DNA from: Ignavibacteria bacterium
Lineage (GTDB): Bacteria > Bacteroidota > Ignavibacteria > Ignavibacteriales > Ignavibacteriaceae
Assembly (NCBI GenBank): GCA_037440065.1
Contig: JBBIUV010000015.1
Span: forward strand, 644,774 to 708,773
Reading direction: 5' to 3'
Length of the DNA stretch: 64,000 bases
Positions within the stretch are counted from its first letter, which is position 1. Each line of letters opens with the position of its first letter. Made by a program: the position numbers and the translations under genes. The notes beneath the pieces are model-generated. The model searched no databases and had not been told where the DNA came from. It saw only the letters and a program-made list of their open reading frames with translations. This document shows positions 60,390 to 64,000 of this stretch, in pieces.

Positions 60390-61508
60390 TTAAGTTACAA
60401 TAAATATTTTACCCGGGAGCTGTTTTATCAATCCCTTAAATTCAAGTGTGAGCAAATTGACCAAACAATCTGAAGTTGAAAGTCCGGTTTGTGCAGCAAT
60501 ATTGTCTATTTGCATTTCTTTATCATCAAGAACTGTCAGAATTTTTTGTTCAAATAGACTAAGATCAACTTGAGGTTTGGGAATTGTTTTTCCTATTATG
60601 GATTTTAATTTTAATTCGAGTTCAATGAGAATATCTTCCGGAGTTCTTACAAGTTTTCCGCCGCCTTGTTGAATAAGTGTATTTGTTCCTTCAGATTGTT
60701 TGATTCCTAAATTTCCCGGAATTGCAAATACTTCTCTTCCCTGATCTAACGCAAACTCAGCAGTCTGCAAGGCACCTCCTTGAATTCCAGATTCGATGAC
60801 AACACAACCAAGACTTAATCCTGAAATTATTCTATTTCGCGAAGGGAAGTTTTGTGCGTCGGGTTTTGTATCCAACGGAAATTCACTGATCAAAAGTCCT
60901 TGCTCTGGAATTTGTTCGTACAGTTTTTTATTCTCCGGAGGATAGATAACATTTATCCCACAACCAAGTATGGCAATCGTTCGACCATTTGCCTTTAATG
61001 CATATTGATGGGCAACAGAATCAATTCCTCTTGCTAAACCGCTTGTTATCGTTATTCCCTGTTCAGCTAATTCAGTTGAAAATTTTTCAGCTTGAATTTT
61101 ACCGTAGGTTGTAGGTTGTCGAGTTCCAACAATTGCAATTGGGTAATTGTCCCTTTCAGTAAATTCTCCTTTAACATAAAGAATCATCGGTGGATCGTAA
61201 ATTTTTTTTAGGAGACTTGGATAGGCCTCATCAAAAAACGAAACAGCAGTTATCCCGTGAGATTGAAGAGCAGAAAATTCTTTTTCAAATTTCGAAAGTG
61301 AGGTGTGAAGATTTTTTTTCGCGTTAGATAATTTTTTTGAAAGAAAAATTCCGATACCCTCAACATCTGAAAGTGTTTTTAAATCAGCTTCTAAAATATT
61401 ATCGATGGAATGGAATGATGATAGGAGATTCCTAATTTTTACCGGCCCGATTCCGTCTATAGAAAGAAGAAATCTTAGCTGAGCAAATTCTTGAAAAGAT
61501 GTTCCCAC
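60390..61508 (-). CDS. dprA: DNA-processing protein DprA (Smf)
   Basis: Rossmann-like DprA core GLARGIDSVAHQYAL...TIAILGCGINVIYP. Confidence 0.85.
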   Translation of the reverse strand: MGTSFQEFAQLRFLLSIDGIGPVKIRNLLSSFHSIDNILEADLKTLSDVEGIGIFLSKKLSNAKKNLHTSLSKFEKEFSALQSHGITAVSFFDEAYPSLLKKIYDPPMILYVKGEFTERDNYPIAIVGTRQPTTYGKIQAEKFSTELAEQGITITSGLARGIDSVAHQYALKANGRTIAILGCGINVIYPPENKKLYEQIPEQGLLISEFPLDTKPDAQNFPSRNRIISGLSLGCVVIESGIQGGALQTAEFALDQGREVFAIPGNLGIKQSEGTNTLIQQGGGKLVRTPEDILIELELKLKSIIGKTIPKPQVDLSLFEQKILTVLDDKEMQIDNIAAQTGLSTSDCLVNLLTLEFKGLIKQLPGKIFIVT

Positions 61509-61518
61509 CGAAATTCTC

Positions 61519-61797
61519 TTATAAGTTTGAGTGATCTATCTTATCCACTATGGCGACGATTATTGAATGGACCGGGGCTTTTTTGTTTTTTATAATTTGC
61601 TGTACCGCATCACCTTCTTGTACAAGAAGGACGATATCGTCGATACCAGAATCTATTAAATCAATTGCTACAACATCTTGTTGGCCAATAAAATTTCCCT
61701 CAAGATCAATTTGATGAACGACCATTAATTTATTCCCGTTCAGGTGTTCATTTTTATGTGTTGAAACAACATTCCCTTTAACTTTGGCAAGTACCAC
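61519..61797 (-). CDS. EutN/CcmL/PduN-family (BMC vertex, BMC-P) protein
   Basis: 92 aa. Aligns along its length with E. coli EutN (MxLAxVxGxVVST...KLMVV...AIDxIxSG..DxVLLV.G...HSIIVAIVDKI). Confidence 0.7.
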   Translation of the reverse strand: MVLAKVKGNVVSTHKNEHLNGNKLMVVHQIDLEGNFIGQQDVVAIDLIDSGIDDIVLLVQEGDAVQQIIKNKKAPVHSIIVAIVDKIDHSNL

Positions 61798-61798
61798 C

Positions 61799-62071
61799 TT
61801 ACTTTGATTCCTGTTCCGGCTGTTCTTTCTTTTTTATTAAAATGGAGAGTGGGAATAAAAGAACATAAACAAGAATGAGAATAACGGGAGCCAAATAAAG
61901 AGATATCGAACTATTCCACGGTTTTACGGAAAGGAAATAATATCCTAAAATGGAAAGGAACAAACCCAATGCTAAGATCAAGTAGTTTATTTTTGACCAA
62001 TAAATATTAAATGGAGAAGATAATATCTTTGATACTTTTACGTTTCCTTTTTTCTTAATAGCTTTTGCCAT
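61799..62071 (-). CDS. Small two-TM membrane protein (DUF3098-like)
   Basis: 90 aa with Lys-rich N-terminus, two TM helices, basic/acidic tail. 1-nt spacing to the EutN-like gene. Confidence 0.45.
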   Translation of the reverse strand: MAKAIKKKGNVKVSKILSSPFNIYWSKINYLILALGLFLSILGYYFLSVKPWNSSISLYLAPVILILVYVLLFPLSILIKKKEQPEQESK

Positions 62072-62211
62072 ACATGTCTCTCATAAAAAAGTAAAATAAA
62101 AACCCAGTGTCGGGGAAAACACTGGGTTGTCTGTATAATCTTGCAGACCAGGGGAGAAATCTGCAAGAAAGACACTGAAAATATAGAACTTCAAAGGCAC
62201 ATTGTCAATAA

Positions 62212-62469
62212 TTACTTACTAAGCTGATAGACAATTTTTCTTATGGTGTCAAACTGAAGGTAAGGGTATTCTTCTCTGATCGCATCAATAGCATCACCCG
62301 CACTAATTTTGCTTGTACGAAGTGTTCTAAATTGTTTGCGAATTTTATAATCACGAACCGATTTTTCGTCGATGAGCCCGTGCTCGTTCAACAACTGGTA
62401 AATATCGTCGCTGATAAGATCAGACAACGGATTTTCCATTTTTGATTTTACAGTTAGCATATGTATCAC
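62212..62469 (-). CDS. Hypothetical 85-aa protein
   Basis: ORF followed on the minus strand by a strong intrinsic terminator (62101-62128). Confidence 0.35.
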   Translation of the reverse strand: MIHMLTVKSKMENPLSDLISDDIYQLLNEHGLIDEKSVRDYKIRKQFRTLRTSKISAGDAIDAIREEYPYLQFDTIRKIVYQLSK

Positions 62470-62829
62470 CTTTTGTTTGTTTTATTGAACATTACTCAAG
62501 GTATCAAATGGTCTATAATTATCCTTTCGTTATTAGATAAACAAAATTCTTTATAAAAGAATTCCATATTTTATTAATTAGACGCCTAACTGTAGCGGAA
62601 GTTTAAGATTTAGTAAAACTTCACTCCTAATTTTAACTTTTTAAAGAAGAAAGTCAATAGTTATTTTTTTTATTTGTTTTATATCAAGGGGATGATTCTT
62701 TTTGATTGAATTGAGAGGGAGTTGGATAACCCAAATTCACAAATAATTTGTTTTAGGGGGAAAATTTTCCGCAAATATTTTGAAATTTATAATTAACTTT
62801 GAACTTATTAATAAAATTTAATTGACTCT

Positions 62830-64000
62830 ATGCAGAAAAAAATAATCTCGAAATTGGCTTTTTTTACGGTAGTTATACTCTTCCAAAGTTTTATACTATC
62901 TCAGAATAAAAACGAATTTAATTTTGATTCAACTCCGAGACAAAGTGCAATAAGTGTTACCATTGGAGGGGATTTTATCGTCACTGGAACTTTTCCGGCA
63001 GTCATCGGCGAAAGAGTCGACCAGTTTGTAACAAGAATTTTTAATGCTGCAAAAACAGAGAGAGTTGGTACAACGGCAAATGCAGAACAACGGGAACTAG
63101 TCTTCAAACAACTTGCTGATTTTACCAAACGCGAGATCCAAATTAAAAGAGTAAATGGACAAAAATTAATCATCGATTTAGAGAAATATCGATTTACCGC
63201 CGATTATACACAAAATCCCTATCTTCAGAATGACGATGTAATTATCTTTCCTTTTATAGACCGCGACAGAAATTTTATCTTTATTACCGGAGCTGTTAAT
63301 CAGACTTCCAAATTTCAATTTGTTGAAGGAGATAAATTGGAAGACGCTATCCTTTTTGCAGGTGGGATTGATAAAGGATTTGAAAAAGTTACTTCTGCAG
63401 AAATTAGCAGGCTTGATGCTTCAGGTGATAAAGAAACTAAAATGATCGTCAACATTTCTGATAATCCTGTTTTAAAAAGAGGGGACAGAATAACAGTTAT
63501 TGGGGAAGAGACTTTTCGAAGAGATTTTAAAGTAACGGTCGCAGGTGAAGTTGCTCGTCCGGGTACAATTACAATATCTAAAGGTTCATCCACTTTAAAA
63601 GAGGTTATTGAAAAGGCAGGTGGTTTTTTACCAAGTGCAGATTTGTCGAGAGCTGAACTTATTAGAGGCGCTAACGTATTCAAGTCCACACTTTTTTCTG
63701 AAGAACTTGATCAATTTTTAATGAGCCGTATGGCTGAAATTACTCCGGAAGACTCACTTTCCTTAATTATAGACAATAAACTCCGTTTTATAAGAGGCAA
63801 TGGAGTATTGGACTTTGTGAAGTTAAATGATACTTCTTCAGCAGCAAGCAAATTCTCTGTTAGGAATGGTGACTATATTCACATTCCAGAAAAATTAAAT
63901 CTTGTATATGTATTTGGACAAGTTTATACCCCCGGATACATAGCTTTTATTGACGGGAAAGGAATCGACTATTATATTTCCAAAGCGGGGGGAAAGGGAC
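62830..64000 (+). CDS. Polysaccharide export protein (Wza-like, SLBB domains), 3'-truncated at the window edge
   Basis: Open frame from the ATG at 62830 to the window end, absent from the ORF track. Signal peptide. FGQVYTPGYIAF (Poly_export/SLBB) motif. Confidence 0.7.
   Translation, partial: MQKKIISKLAFFTVVILFQSFILSQNKNEFNFDSTPRQSAISVTIGGDFIVTGTFPAVIGERVDQFVTRIFNAAKTERVGTTANAEQRELVFKQLADFTKREIQIKRVNGQKLIIDLEKYRFTADYTQNPYLQNDDVIIFPFIDRDRNFIFITGAVNQTSKFQFVEGDKLEDAILFAGGIDKGFEKVTSAEISRLDASGDKETKMIVNISDNPVLKRGDRITVIGEETFRRDFKVTVAGEVARPGTITISKGSSTLKEVIEKAGGFLPSADLSRAELIRGANVFKSTLFSEELDQFLMSRMAEITPEDSLSLIIDNKLRFIRGNGVLDFVKLNDTSSAASKFSVRNGDYIHIPEKLNLVYVFGQVYTPGYIAFIDGKGIDYYISKAGGKG

Noticed and set aside
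62901-63689. Two minus-strand ORFs (62901-63173, 63315-63689)
   Set aside because: They are antisense shadows of the plus-strand Wza-like polysaccharide export gene that runs off the window edge.

Overview
The window is a 64-kb chromosomal segment that looks like an AT-rich member of the FCB group (Ignavibacteria/Bacteroidota-like). That assignment rests on four things: T9SS type-A C-terminal sorting domains, a GWxTD protein, a DUF3108 protein, and Omp85/TonB-dependent-receptor architecture. It is densely coding, mostly with housekeeping genes: cdsA, rimO, rnhB-yraN, mlaEFD, sdhCAB, obgE, secG, rpsU, metF, ddl, rarA and dprA. I found no transposase, integrase, phage gene or CRISPR array.

Most worth a second look:
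1. A cytoplasmic C39/BtrH-like cysteine peptidase (Q/C/H/D all present) divergently paired with a Ddl-family ATP-grasp ligase that lacks the canonical Ddl N-terminal motif. A bona fide ddl lies elsewhere in the window. This is a candidate peptide-ligase/peptidase module.
2. A cobalamin riboswitch on the minus strand upstream of a BtuB-like TonB receptor, hidden under a spurious plus-strand ORF. The locus carries a downstream S-component-like membrane protein and a nested hairpin cluster.
3. A yraN gene with no in-frame start, which the ORF track missed. Deleting one A from an AAA restores MKEGEDLA...
4. A 17-codon fossil of a T9SS C-terminal sorting-domain tail at 17210-17263. It shares a 23-nt match (22/23) with the tail of the cargo gene 2.5 kb downstream, and sits beside a 516-bp ORF-free gap.
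5. A G9 homopolymer in the promoter of a highly acidic protein that is translationally coupled to obgE.
6. A lipoprotein that fuses a TonB C-terminal domain to a parvulin-type PPIase domain.
7. An orphan EutN/CcmL-family BMC-vertex gene in an operon-like arrangement with DUF3098 and dprA.
8. A CYTH (class-IV adenylate-cyclase-like) gene overlapping the start of a 1050-aa AddB-like nuclease that has no AddA partner.
9. Two paralogous zinc-ribbon/DUF2007 proteins.

All calls are from reading the sequence and its translations. No database searches were run.
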